Source: Escherichia coli
Lineage (GTDB): Bacteria > Pseudomonadota > Gammaproteobacteria > Enterobacterales > Enterobacteriaceae
Strand: one strand, 5' to 3'
DNA length: 64,000 nucleotides
Assembly: GCF_030384885.1 (NCBI RefSeq)
Contig: NZ_CP128613.1
Part shown: piece after piece, positions 25,863 through 35,483 of the stretch
Position numbering within the stretch: the stretch's first letter is position 1
Layout of the letters: every line of letters begins with the position of its first letter
Position numbers and translations under genes: made by a program
The notes under the pieces: generated by a model
Databases searched by the model: none
What the model was told of the DNA's origin: nothing
The model's input: the letters and a program-made list of their open reading frames with translations, nothing else

Positions 25863-26590
25863 AACATCCCTCCGTTGATGGAAATAACCTGGCGGGTGAC
25901 GTAACCCGCAATATCAGACATTAAATAGCTGGCAAGCCCGGCAACTTCTTCCGCCTGGCCCATGCGTTTCATGGGGATCATCGACATTGCCTCTTTCAGA
26001 GCGCTCTCTTCCATTTCGATCATCCCGGTATCAATAAGCCCCGGCGCGATGCAGTTGACGGTGATTTTGCGCTTCGCGAGTTCGATAGCCAGTGCTTTTG
26101 TTGCGCCGATAATTCCGGCTTTGGCAGCGCTGTAGTTCACCTGGCCGCGATTGCCCATTACGCCGGAAACCGAGGACAGCGTGATGATGCGTCCACCCTG
26201 GCGTGCGCCGATCATCGGCATAATGCACGGCTGAATGACGTTGTAGAAACTGTCGAGGTTGGTGTGGATCACCGCATCCCAGTCGTCATCGCTTAAAGCC
26301 GGAAAAGCGGCATCGCGGGCGATCCCGGCGTTACTAACCACGCCGTACCAGGCACCGTGTTGCGCGATCTCGTGCTCCAGCACTTCCCGACACTGTTCGC
26401 GGTTTGCGACGTCGAAACTGAGCAAACGCCCGTTACCACCGTTGGCGACAATGGTATTCAGCGTTTCCTGAGCGCCTGTGGCGTCACGGTGATAGTGAAC
26501 GCCAATATTAAAGCCGTCTGCCGCCAGTTGGCAGGCGATGGCGCGACCAATGCCTTTGCTGGCACCAGTAACCAGAACTGAACGACTCAT
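25859..26590 (-). CDS. 3-oxoacyl-ACP reductase, SDR family (tentatively ApeQ-like)
   Basis: 243 aa; TGASKGIGRAIA cofactor-binding motif and YSAAK catalytic YxxxK. Confidence 0.85.
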   Translation of the reverse strand: MSRSVLVTGASKGIGRAIACQLAADGFNIGVHYHRDATGAQETLNTIVANGGNGRLLSFDVANREQCREVLEHEIAQHGAWYGVVSNAGIARDAAFPALSDDDWDAVIHTNLDSFYNVIQPCIMPMIGARQGGRIITLSSVSGVMGNRGQVNYSAAKAGIIGATKALAIELAKRKITVNCIAPGLIDTGMIEMEESALKEAMSMIPMKRMGQAEEVAGLASYLMSDIAGYVTRQVISINGGML

Positions 26591-27054
26591 CAGGACGCTC
26601 CTTGTTGAAACAGGGTGGTAAGTTCTTCCGCGGTCGGCTGGAAGGTGTTAATGCGGCCCGTTGCCTCGCCGTCGTTGATGCTGCACTCAAAACTACCGAA
26701 GCGTTCATCTTGCATCAGCAGTTTGACGGTAATGGTCAGCGTCTGGCCTGCGGGCAGAATGCCAGCGGCGCAAAGCAATTCACGCGCGCCCAGTACCATC
26801 CCTAACTCAATACTGTTTTTGCCCTGCTGGTGGCGATGCCAGCCAGACCAGACGCCGACGGTTTGCGCCATCAGTTCAAGGGCAAACCAGCCAGGGAGAT
26901 TGCCGTCCGGGTCGAGAAACGGTGCCAGTACACCACTGGGCGAAACCGTCACGCGGCACACGGCGCTGTCATCGCTGACGCTCACCACTTCTTCCAGCAG
27001 CAACATGGGCGCATCGTGGGGCAGATAAGCGCCGGGTGATAAATAGTGGCTCAC
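26590..27054 (-). CDS. hotdog-fold 3-hydroxyacyl-ACP dehydratase-like protein (tentatively ApeP-like)
   Basis: 154-aa ORF, 1-nt overlap with the reductase start; size and position fit a FabA/FabZ-like dehydratase. Confidence 0.65.
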   Translation of the reverse strand: MSHYLSPGAYLPHDAPMLLLEEVVSVSDDSAVCRVTVSPSGVLAPFLDPDGNLPGWFALELMAQTVGVWSGWHRHQQGKNSIELGMVLGARELLCAAGILPAGQTLTITVKLLMQDERFGSFECSINDGEATGRINTFQPTAEELTTLFQQGAS

Positions 27055-28229
27055 GAAACCCTCCCGAGCAGAATGCTGGCGTTATTGCCGCCAAAGGCGA
27101 AGGAATTGGACAGGATCACCGGACGTGCCAGCGGCTGTGGTTTTTCGATAATGCCGCACGGTGGCAGCGTGGGATCGCGTGGCGACAGGCTGAAGTCCTG
27201 AGCGGGCAGCGGTAAATCACGCTGTAAGATCAACATACTGATTGCCGCCTCGGTAATGCCCGCCGCGCCCAGCGTGTGTCCGGTCAAATGTTTGGTGGAG
27301 CTGCACGGTACGCGTTCGCCAAACAGGGCGTTAACCACTATTGATTCAATCTGGTCGTTGAGTTGTGTGGCGGTGCCGTGCAGGTTGATATAGCCGACGT
27401 CATCTGGCGTAAGCTGCGCATCGGTCAGCGCCTGGTTAATAGCGCGGATTGCCCCTTCGCCCTGCGGATGCGGGGCCGAAATATGGTAAGCGTCGCTCGA
27501 TTCACCAACGCCCAGTAACGCGATGGGCTGCGGTTCACGGGTCAGCAGCATTAGCCCCGCGCCTTCGCCAATGGTGATGCCCGCACGGTCACGACCAAAC
27601 GGCTGACATAAGGTTGGCGACAGCGATTCGAGGCTGTGAAAACCGTTAATTGGCATCCGGCTCAGGGTGTCTGCGCCACCCACAATGGCGGCATCGACCA
27701 GCCCCGCTTCGATAAGCCTGCGCCCGCTGATCATCGCTCTGGCGCTGGAAGAGCAGGCGGTTGAAAGAGTATATGCCGGGCCGTCGAGCGCCAGCCAGTG
27801 GCTGAGAAAACGCGACGGATCGCCGAGTTCCTGCTGCGCGTAGTGCCATGTGGTGCTTGGCTGCCCGTGGGTGCGCAGGTTAACGTGCGTGTCGCCTTCA
27901 TGCAGGCCGGAGGTGCTGGTGCCAAGCACAATCGCAATGCGCTCGCGGCCATATTTTGCGATGGCGTCATCAACCTGCGGCTGGATCTGCGCCAGCGCCG
28001 CCAGCAGGATCTGATTGTTGCGCGAGCGGTGCGCAGCGAATTTTTCCGGGATAAGCGGAAGCTCGCCATCCACGCCAGCCAGGACCGCCTGCGGATGCCC
28101 CTGCAACCAGCCTGCGCGTGGGCGCATTCCGGGAGCAACACCGCGAGTCAGGTTGGCTGCGATCTCATCAAGATTATTTCCCAGGGCGTTGATCATGCCA
28201 ACGGCGGAAATATAAATCATATTAGTCAC
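27051..28229 (-). CDS. beta-ketoacyl synthase (tentatively ApeO-like)
   Basis: 392 aa; Cys in STACSSS, His motifs LHGTATQ and TGHTLGAAG. Confidence 0.85.
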   Translation of the reverse strand: MTNMIYISAVGMINALGNNLDEIAANLTRGVAPGMRPRAGWLQGHPQAVLAGVDGELPLIPEKFAAHRSRNNQILLAALAQIQPQVDDAIAKYGRERIAIVLGTSTSGLHEGDTHVNLRTHGQPSTTWHYAQQELGDPSRFLSHWLALDGPAYTLSTACSSSARAMISGRRLIEAGLVDAAIVGGADTLSRMPINGFHSLESLSPTLCQPFGRDRAGITIGEGAGLMLLTREPQPIALLGVGESSDAYHISAPHPQGEGAIRAINQALTDAQLTPDDVGYINLHGTATQLNDQIESIVVNALFGERVPCSSTKHLTGHTLGAAGITEAAISMLILQRDLPLPAQDFSLSPRDPTLPPCGIIEKPQPLARPVILSNSFAFGGNNASILLGRVS

Positions 28230-28806
28230 CTAAGTATTGAATGGTGATGTGGTATTTAAAGACATGCTGCTCAATGCTGATTGGCACGCGTTTTCCTTTG
28301 CGATTCAAATAAGTGATTTCCGTGACCAGTTTGCCACTGGCGTTACGCAGTTCGCGTTTGTCACCGTTGTCGCGAAGCGTCCATCCAGCGGGGAGTTGCG
28401 GTTGCCAGGCGCTAATCGGCCAGTGGCTGAGCATCACGTCAGCCAGCACCTGACTTGCTGGCGGCAATTGTGGGACGACGATGGATTGCTCGGCGCGTAG
28501 CCCTTGCGCATCGTAGGTCACCAGAAACAGACGAATGCCGACTGATGACAGTCCGGCAAGGGTGATTTTCTGGTCGTCGGCATTAAGCATCACCAACAGC
28601 GACTGGGTTTTGCCGTTGAAGCTTCCGGTCAACAGTTGCTGGGAATTGACGGCGGGCGATATCCCCGGCGCAGGCAGCGTGATGCGTGTGCCAGGTTGCA
28701 GCCACGCCTGCGGGCGTCCTTCCTGTTCCGGTTGCGAGTGGCTACAGCCGGTGAGGATAAGCGTAGCGGTCAGGGCGAATGCCCGCCAAAAGGTGGGTTT
28801 GATCAT
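28222..28806 (-). CDS. lipoprotein, DUF3261-like (tentatively ApeN-like)
   Basis: 194 aa with signal peptide and lipobox LILTGCSHS. Confidence 0.7.
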   Translation of the reverse strand: MIKPTFWRAFALTATLILTGCSHSQPEQEGRPQAWLQPGTRITLPAPGISPAVNSQQLLTGSFNGKTQSLLVMLNADDQKITLAGLSSVGIRLFLVTYDAQGLRAEQSIVVPQLPPASQVLADVMLSHWPISAWQPQLPAGWTLRDNGDKRELRNASGKLVTEITYLNRKGKRVPISIEQHVFKYHITIQYLGD

Positions 28807-31118
28807 TTTTTTGTTCTCTTTTTATCGGGCATAGCCAGCGGCGAAAGCAGGAAGGCGGTGAAAATACCGCTCACCAGCACAATGCCAAAACTGCTGATGG
28901 CCTGAGTGGCGCTGAATACCAGCATTCCCAGCGTCAGCAAGGTGGTGAGCATTGCCAGCGTGATCGCCAGTAGGGAAGTTAACGGTGTACCGCGCGAATT
29001 ACTGAAAAACAGCGTGTAGTTGATGCCGATGCCAAGCACCAGCACCAGCGCCAGCAGCGAAAAGAGATTCACCGCCTGCCCGCTCATCGCCAGCACTGCC
29101 AGACCGCAGCCCAGCGAAAGCACCGAAGGCACCAGGCTGATAAGCCCTTTGCGCCAGCCGAGGCGGGCCACTGCGCCGCAGGCAATCACTGCCAGCGCCA
29201 CCAGCAACAAACCGGTTAAGACGTGGCGGTAAAGTGCGAACAATTCATCAAAAGTGTTTTTGCGATCAACCCAGGCAATGCCCTGGTAATAGCTGGCTGT
29301 TTCCTGCAACAACGCGCTACTTTTAACCCCTTCAACCGGCACCAGTACGCCGCTTGCGCCGTTTTCCAGCGTCAGCCACAGCAGACGCCAGCCTTCACTG
29401 GCGGGGCTTGCCAGCCATTCATCGACCTTCACTGGCATGGCGTTGAGATCTGGTTTCAGCGCCGTCAGTCCGGCATTTTGCAGCGCTTTTGTTACCGTCG
29501 GGGCAGCCGTTTTCAGCAGATGTAAATCTTCCTCCTGCCGCGCCAGGGAGTTCAGCGGAATAGTGCGGTAGTTGCTGATAAGACGGTCTTTTTTCGCTTT
29601 CTCCAGCGAGGTGGTAAATTTCTCCAGCCGCCGCAATGTTTGCTGTGGCGAATCGCCGTAAACCACAAACCATTTTTGATCGACGCTTTGTCCGGTCAGG
29701 GCGGTAATGGCTTTTTCCTGCGCCAGAATATGCTGCGGCAGCGCCTGTAACTGCGAGATATCGTCATCGACGCGCAGCATTGACATCCCCGCCAGCGAAA
29801 ACAGCGCCAGCGCGACGGGCAGACCCCGCGACAGTTTTTTATTGCGCCGCCACGCCGCCAGCCAGCGCAGCATCAACGCCATCGCCGGAACCGGACGCAC
29901 CGGCAGGCCACGGCACAGCCACGGATGCCAGAACAGAACGGTCAGACAGGAGGCGCTCAACCCGACGGCGGCAAAAATCGCCATCTGGCGAATGCCGGGG
30001 AAGGGGGCGAGCATCATAATCAGATACGCCGCCACGGTGGTGAGCAGCGCCAGTAGCAAGGCATTGCGCACTTTCACCAGGCTTTGCCACGGCGAAACGT
30101 CATTGCCGTGCACCATCCGCTCGGTAAGGTAATAGAGCGTGTAGTCAGCGGAAATGCCGATAACGCTCATGCTCATCACCAGCGTCATCAGGTGTAATTC
30201 ACCGAAAATCAACAAGGTGGCGACCGTTCCCGCCAGCGCGCCAATGCCGATGGAAATCACGCAAAGCAGCAACGGGCGTAAAGAGCGGAACACCGCCACA
30301 ATCAGTAATATCACCCCCAGCAGCGTTGCCACGCCCAGGGTTGAGATATCCTGCTTCGCCTGTTGACTGGCGTAATCGCTGTAAAACACCGTGCCGCGCG
30401 AGAGCAACTGCGCCTGCGGATAACGCGTTTTCAGATCCTTTTCCAGTGTATTCAGGGTGGTGATCAGCTGGTGGGTTTGCTGCATATCAAACGACGATCC
30501 CGCCAGTTCGCCGTGCAGCAGATACCAGTAGTTGCCCTGGGGATCCTGTGTCACCAGCCAGCCGTCCATCAGCCGCAAACGCTGGCCATTTTTCGCCATC
30601 GCCAGCTGCGAGCCGCGCATTAACATCAGCGGATCATTTTGCAGCTCCTTACCGCTTACCCCGGAGAACGCAGAATAAAGCTGGGAGAGGATCCACTGCG
30701 CCTGCGCTTCGCCGCCGTTTTGCAGGCGCGTGCGGGTGTCGGGGTCAATCAGGCCGTTACGATGCTGCCAGAAAAACGCTCCCCACGCTTGCTGGCTGGC
30801 GGCATCCATTGGCCCTTTAACGTCGCCGAGCGCAGCGGATTTTTGCAGCAGCGTCAGCCATTCCTGAGCCACACTGGGATTAGCCTCTTTACCGGGGCTG
30901 ACCAGCCACACCAGTTGGCGGTCCAGACGCTGCATAAAGCCGTCATTCAGCGCCGGGGGAATATCGCCCATCGCCTGTTTGGGTAACATAGCCAGCACGC
31001 TACTGTTCAGTCGTGATTGCGGCAGCAGGATCAGCAACGCCGCCGCCATGACCAGGCAGATGATCACCCATAACAGCGCCGGGCGTTTACTGGGCGGCAA
31101 AACGTTGGCGTTCGTCAT
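28803..31118 (-). CDS. MMPL/RND-superfamily membrane exporter (tentatively ApeM-like)
   Basis: 771 aa with two blocks of TM helices separated by large soluble domains. Confidence 0.8.
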   Translation of the reverse strand: MTNANVLPPSKRPALLWVIICLVMAAALLILLPQSRLNSSVLAMLPKQAMGDIPPALNDGFMQRLDRQLVWLVSPGKEANPSVAQEWLTLLQKSAALGDVKGPMDAASQQAWGAFFWQHRNGLIDPDTRTRLQNGGEAQAQWILSQLYSAFSGVSGKELQNDPLMLMRGSQLAMAKNGQRLRLMDGWLVTQDPQGNYWYLLHGELAGSSFDMQQTHQLITTLNTLEKDLKTRYPQAQLLSRGTVFYSDYASQQAKQDISTLGVATLLGVILLIVAVFRSLRPLLLCVISIGIGALAGTVATLLIFGELHLMTLVMSMSVIGISADYTLYYLTERMVHGNDVSPWQSLVKVRNALLLALLTTVAAYLIMMLAPFPGIRQMAIFAAVGLSASCLTVLFWHPWLCRGLPVRPVPAMALMLRWLAAWRRNKKLSRGLPVALALFSLAGMSMLRVDDDISQLQALPQHILAQEKAITALTGQSVDQKWFVVYGDSPQQTLRRLEKFTTSLEKAKKDRLISNYRTIPLNSLARQEEDLHLLKTAAPTVTKALQNAGLTALKPDLNAMPVKVDEWLASPASEGWRLLWLTLENGASGVLVPVEGVKSSALLQETASYYQGIAWVDRKNTFDELFALYRHVLTGLLLVALAVIACGAVARLGWRKGLISLVPSVLSLGCGLAVLAMSGQAVNLFSLLALVLVLGIGINYTLFFSNSRGTPLTSLLAITLAMLTTLLTLGMLVFSATQAISSFGIVLVSGIFTAFLLSPLAMPDKKRTKK

Positions 31119-31692
31119 CGGTCAGTTGCGCTGGCGTCAGTTGATGTTGGGTAAGAGCGATATCGGTGCGATCGTCCTGTTTATCATTAAGCTGAATGCT
31201 CTCCAGATAGGTTTGCCCGGCGAGATCGATGGTATTGAAAATTTTATCCAGCGGCGTGGTGGTCGGCGTCAGGCGCAGCGTCCAGCGGCCTTCGCCTTTG
31301 TCAGCAAATTCGACGCGGAAGTTTTGTTCCAGCACTTTGCGATCGGCCTGGAACAGCGCGCGCAGCAGGTGGTTAAACTGGAACATCTGCGGGTTATTTT
31401 CTGCCGTGATGATTTGTGGCGGCTGACCGTTGATCACCTGCACCATGCGTTTATCGTCCAGCAATAGCTGCATGGGAAATGGTGAGGTTTGATCCCACAA
31501 TAACCCCTGGTCGCGGGCGATCAACATCTGGCCCTGAGATCGCAGCGGCTGCGGCAGATCTTTAATCGTCCGGGTTTGATCAAAATGGGCGCGGATCACC
31601 GGCTGTTCGGTAAAGCGTTGCTGAAGATCGTCCAGGGTCAGGGCGCTCACAAACGGGCTAATCAGCAGCGCCAGCAGCGGTAAAAATTTCAT
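31087..31692 (-). CDS. LolA-like periplasmic lipoprotein-carrier protein (tentatively ApeL-like)
   Basis: 201 aa with signal peptide MKFLPLLALLISPFVSA; start overlaps the upstream stop (ATGA). Confidence 0.65.
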   Translation of the reverse strand: MKFLPLLALLISPFVSALTLDDLQQRFTEQPVIRAHFDQTRTIKDLPQPLRSQGQMLIARDQGLLWDQTSPFPMQLLLDDKRMVQVINGQPPQIITAENNPQMFQFNHLLRALFQADRKVLEQNFRVEFADKGEGRWTLRLTPTTTPLDKIFNTIDLAGQTYLESIQLNDKQDDRTDIALTQHQLTPAQLTDDERQRFAAQ

Positions 31693-32111
31693 GGTTTGAC
31701 TCCCATGCGTTCAAACAGAATATCGGGGCTGACAAAGCACAGTTCGCGGCTTTGCTCGTCGACCGCGACCTGAATGGTGTATCCGGTGGTGGCGCGTTTG
31801 CCCGTTTCGGCATCGAAAATCTGATAGCCAATTCGCAGGCGGTTTTCGAACTCTTCGATATGCGCACGCACGCGGATGCGTTGCTCAAAGGTGAGGGCGT
31901 GGCGATATTTCACCCGCGCATCGACCACTGGCCACAAATAACCCGACTCTTTCATCTGCCGATAGCCGTAATTGAACTGGTTGAGCAGCGCCTCGCGGGC
32001 CACTTCAAAGTAGCGAAAATAGTTACCGTGCCAGGCCACGCCCATCATATCGACGTCGTGAAATGGAATGATCAGCTCGACTTCAGCGGTAAATCGGGGA
32101 TCGTTAAGCAC
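31689..32111 (-). CDS. hotdog-fold acyl thioesterase, 4HBT/YbgC-like (tentatively ApeK-like)
   Basis: 140 aa; PFHDVDMMGVAWHGNYFRYFE resembles the 4HBT active-site region. Confidence 0.75.
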   Translation of the reverse strand: MLNDPRFTAEVELIIPFHDVDMMGVAWHGNYFRYFEVAREALLNQFNYGYRQMKESGYLWPVVDARVKYRHALTFEQRIRVRAHIEEFENRLRIGYQIFDAETGKRATTGYTIQVAVDEQSRELCFVSPDILFERMGVKP

Positions 32112-32114
32112 CCT

Positions 32115-33791
32115 TTACTCCTTGTCCTGGACTTCCGGCAGTTGCCAGAAATCGAAAAAATTAAACCAGTCGAGGGGCGACTGGAGCGCGTGATGTTCCA
32201 GACGCGCGGCGTAATGATCGATAGCGTTTTGCAGCGCCTGCTGGCGTTCGCCACGCGGCAACAGCAGCGGGTCGGCAAAGGTTTCGCAGTGAATATGCAG
32301 CTTGCCGTGCTGGCGCAGGGCGAAAATCAGATTCACCGGGCAGCGCAAAATAGAGGCGAGAATAAACGGCCCCTGTGGGAAGGGCGCAGGCTGGCCCATA
32401 AACGGACTCCAGCAGACGCGCCAGTCGCCGCCGCGTTGCGGGTTGATGGCGATGCGGTCAGCAACAATCGCCACCCATTCGCCGTTATCCAGCTTCTCTT
32501 TTAGCAGGATGGCGGTGTCCGGGCCGATATCCGTCACCGGGAGCAGGTTGATGCCTGCCTGCGGGGCCATCTCCTGCATTATCTGTTTAAAACGTTGGGC
32601 GTTTTCGCTAAACACCAGCGCGTTAATGGTTTTGTAGCCCTGAATTTTTGCCAGCGCCCGGCACACTTCCACATCGCCAAGATGCGAGGCCAGCAGCAAT
32701 TTGCCGCGCGGATCGCTGACGTTAAGTGCCGCTTCTGCGCCTGGTGCAAACAGCACATCACGCCCGAGTTGCAGCTCGCCGCGCCAACTGGCGATTTTGT
32801 CGAGCATGGCGTTGCCGAAACGTAGAAAGTGCTGATAGCTGTTGAGTTTTGCTGCCTGTGGTTGATGCTGGCGCACACGGGCGAGCCAGTCTTGCGACGC
32901 TTTGCGCGCCCGGCTGGCGGTGAGCCAGTAGACGCCCACCACCGGGTAAAGCAGCGCGGTAAACGCCGTTCTTCCCAGCAGGCGCCAGACCAGCAGCATC
33001 AGGCGCATTCCCCATAATCCTTTCACTTCGCTCTGCCGCGCCCAGTGGCTGGAAGAGTGGCGCATCAGCAGCGAAGGAATACGCGGCAACATGCCGAAAA
33101 ACAGGCGCGTGTGCATGAGCGAGATGCGGACGTTATCTTTCAGGGCATCAAAGTGCGAAAGCCCGTCCAGCGGATAGGTGACGCGAGTCGGCACGAAATA
33201 GCTGGTGTTTCCCTGCCAGTAGAGGCGCACCATCACTTCGGTGTCGAAATCCATCCGCTTGCCGATGGTGGCGTGTTTTGCCAGTTGCAGCGTTGGCGCA
33301 ACCGGATAAACGCGAAAGCCGCACATGCTGTCTTTCAGTTGCAGGGAGAGCGTTTCGATCCACACCCAGACGTGGGTGACCCAGCGCCCGTACAGCCGTG
33401 AGCGGGGGATGGAGTCATCGTAAATTGGCTGGCCGGAGATCAGTGCCGCAGGGTGTTGTTCAGCGAGTGCCAGCAGTTTGGGGATATCTTCAATCGCGTG
33501 CTGACCGTCGGCATCCACCTGTACCGCATGGCTGAACCCCGCGTCTGCCGCTGCCTGTAAGCCGCGCATTACCGCCGCGCCTTTGCCTGCGTTTTCTGCC
33601 AGGCGAATTAATGTCACGCCAGGCTGTTCGGCAACCAGATTATCCAGTTGCTGTTGCGTGGCGGCATCGCTGCCGTCATCCACCACAATACAGGGCAGAT
33701 TAAATGGCTTAAGACGCGCCAGCACGCCCGGCATCATTGCGCCGTGGTTGTAGCAGGGGATCAACACGCAGGGAGAAAAGTTTACCGACAT
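32115..33791 (-). CDS. fused family-2 glycosyltransferase / lipid-A-type acyltransferase (tentatively ApeJ-like)
   Basis: 558 aa; N-terminal VVDDGSD and QVDADGQH GT2 motifs; C-terminal half assigned by family recollection. Confidence 0.7.
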   Translation of the reverse strand: MSVNFSPCVLIPCYNHGAMMPGVLARLKPFNLPCIVVDDGSDAATQQQLDNLVAEQPGVTLIRLAENAGKGAAVMRGLQAAADAGFSHAVQVDADGQHAIEDIPKLLALAEQHPAALISGQPIYDDSIPRSRLYGRWVTHVWVWIETLSLQLKDSMCGFRVYPVAPTLQLAKHATIGKRMDFDTEVMVRLYWQGNTSYFVPTRVTYPLDGLSHFDALKDNVRISLMHTRLFFGMLPRIPSLLMRHSSSHWARQSEVKGLWGMRLMLLVWRLLGRTAFTALLYPVVGVYWLTASRARKASQDWLARVRQHQPQAAKLNSYQHFLRFGNAMLDKIASWRGELQLGRDVLFAPGAEAALNVSDPRGKLLLASHLGDVEVCRALAKIQGYKTINALVFSENAQRFKQIMQEMAPQAGINLLPVTDIGPDTAILLKEKLDNGEWVAIVADRIAINPQRGGDWRVCWSPFMGQPAPFPQGPFILASILRCPVNLIFALRQHGKLHIHCETFADPLLLPRGERQQALQNAIDHYAARLEHHALQSPLDWFNFFDFWQLPEVQDKE

Positions 33792-34165
33792 AGGCGGATC
33801 TTCCCGCTACTGGCGGTGTGGCGGGCGTCACCGTCGTGACGCTGATAACTAAAGCTCAGAATCTGGCGTTCTTCCTGCCAGCTAAGCGTGAGTGTGACGC
33901 GGTTATCCGGCAGCAATGGAGCCTGGAATTTGATGTTCTGAATGGAGTGAAAACGCCAACCGGGCGCGAGCAGGGCAAGCGCGTAACTCATCGCCCAGTC
34001 GATTTGTGCCACGCCGGGGAGTAATGGTTGTACGGCAAAATGACCGCGAAACCAGAACAGATCTGCCCTGAGATGCAAAACAATCTCAAGGTGATTCACT
34101 TGTGCCTGATGGCGCTCGATTTCATGGGGCTTCATGAAATAACTCCTGTAATTGCGCATAGACAC
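33782..34165 (-). CDS. hotdog-fold dehydratase (tentatively ApeI-like)
   Basis: 127 aa with FabZ-like GHFxxxPxxPGV-type motif (RGHFAVQPLLPGV). Confidence 0.65.
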   Translation of the reverse strand: MSMRNYRSYFMKPHEIERHQAQVNHLEIVLHLRADLFWFRGHFAVQPLLPGVAQIDWAMSYALALLAPGWRFHSIQNIKFQAPLLPDNRVTLTLSWQEERQILSFSYQRHDGDARHTASSGKIRLCR

Positions 34166-35483
34166 GCTTGTTCATACTGTTTACTGGCATTTCATCAATA
34201 ACGCGCCAGTAACGCGGAATAGCAACTGGCTCCAGCGTCGGGCGCAGTAATCGCCGCCAGGCCATTTCCTGGCTGTGCCCGCCGCCGTTTTGCCATTGCA
34301 GGCGAGCTTCGTCATCCAGCACCAGCAAAACGCCAATACTCTGACGCCCGCCGCGCGTAACGGGAACTGCCGCCGCCTCGTGAATACCGTCCAGCGCCAG
34401 CAGACGTTGTTCTACTTCCTGGAGTGAAATGCGTTTTTCTTCAATCTTAACGATGCGTCCGCGACGCCCCATCAGATGGAACTGGCCGTCTTCGCTAAAC
34501 TGCAAGATATCGTCGAGTAACAGGCCGCTATCTTCCTCCATCAGAGGTGAAAAGAGACGAAAGGCATCATCTTCGGCCTGGAACTGCATACCTGGAAAGG
34601 GCCGCCAGCGGCGTTGCTCTTGTTCGCGGTAACGCCAGGCGATGACGCCGGTTTCCGTGCTGCCGTAGATTTCATCAGGCCAGACGCGCAGCCAGCTCGC
34701 GGTGTGTTGTACGTCCTGCCACGGTAGTTCACCGCCAGCGGACAGAAGCACCTGAACGGGGGGCGGGGATAGCTGAGCATCCAGACGCTTCAAAAATGCC
34801 GGGCTGCTGATGAAGATATAGCGATGCTGATGACTCAACGCGGCAAACTGTTCGACATACCAGAGCATGGCGGCATGGAGCGGTAATCCCAGCGCCATGG
34901 GCAGGAAAACGCGAAAAGTCAGGCCGTACAAATGCTGCGGCAATACGGAACCGATGACACGACATCCGGCAAGACGTGCGCCTAATCGTTCAGCCAGCAG
35001 TTCTGCTTCACGGTCCAACAAACGAACAGGTTTAATCACCCGCTTCGGCTGCCCTGTGGAACCAGAGGTAAACAGCTCGATATAAGCGTCTGGCGCTATA
35101 GCGGCAAAGGTGAATGATTGTGTCGCGACTTGTGGGGAGCTTGCTACCAACTGCAATGAACCTTGGCAGTTAAGTTCGCTGTCGCTAAGCACACCATCGA
35201 ACAGTTCACGTTGCTCGTTAAGCTGGATGACGCGGTTATGCCCCGGAAGCACCGGTGTTTTTCCGGCGTGTAGCGTGGCGAGCAGGGCAACGATAAACAG
35301 ATAGCAGTCCTCAAAGCACAGCGCCCAGCGTTCACCTGGTTGTTGCTGTAAACGGCAGATAAGTTGCGAGACATCGTGACGCAAATCGCCCAGCGTCCAG
35401 GTGCTTTCGTCCAGCCACGCAATGGGCGTGTCATCAGAGCGTGGCGCAGTCAGCCAGCGTGCAAGCGGTAAGGTCTGCTTCAT
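34122..35483 (-). CDS. AMP-dependent synthetase/ligase (tentatively ApeH-like)
   Basis: AMP-binding motif LFTSGSTGQPKRV; start set at ATG 35483, overlapping the upstream stop (ATGA); ORF-track start 35522 is an alternative. Confidence 0.75.
   Translation of the reverse strand: MKQTLPLARWLTAPRSDDTPIAWLDESTWTLGDLRHDVSQLICRLQQQPGERWALCFEDCYLFIVALLATLHAGKTPVLPGHNRVIQLNEQRELFDGVLSDSELNCQGSLQLVASSPQVATQSFTFAAIAPDAYIELFTSGSTGQPKRVIKPVRLLDREAELLAERLGARLAGCRVIGSVLPQHLYGLTFRVFLPMALGLPLHAAMLWYVEQFAALSHQHRYIFISSPAFLKRLDAQLSPPPVQVLLSAGGELPWQDVQHTASWLRVWPDEIYGSTETGVIAWRYREQEQRRWRPFPGMQFQAEDDAFRLFSPLMEEDSGLLLDDILQFSEDGQFHLMGRRGRIVKIEEKRISLQEVEQRLLALDGIHEAAAVPVTRGGRQSIGVLLVLDDEARLQWQNGGGHSQEMAWRRLLRPTLEPVAIPRYWRVIDEMPVNSMNKRVYAQLQELFHEAP

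Noticed and set aside
29020-30986. Multiple plus- and minus-strand ORFs of 70-140 aa inside the MMPL exporter gene
   Set aside because: Alternative-frame artefacts of a long GC-rich gene; no start context, low-complexity products.
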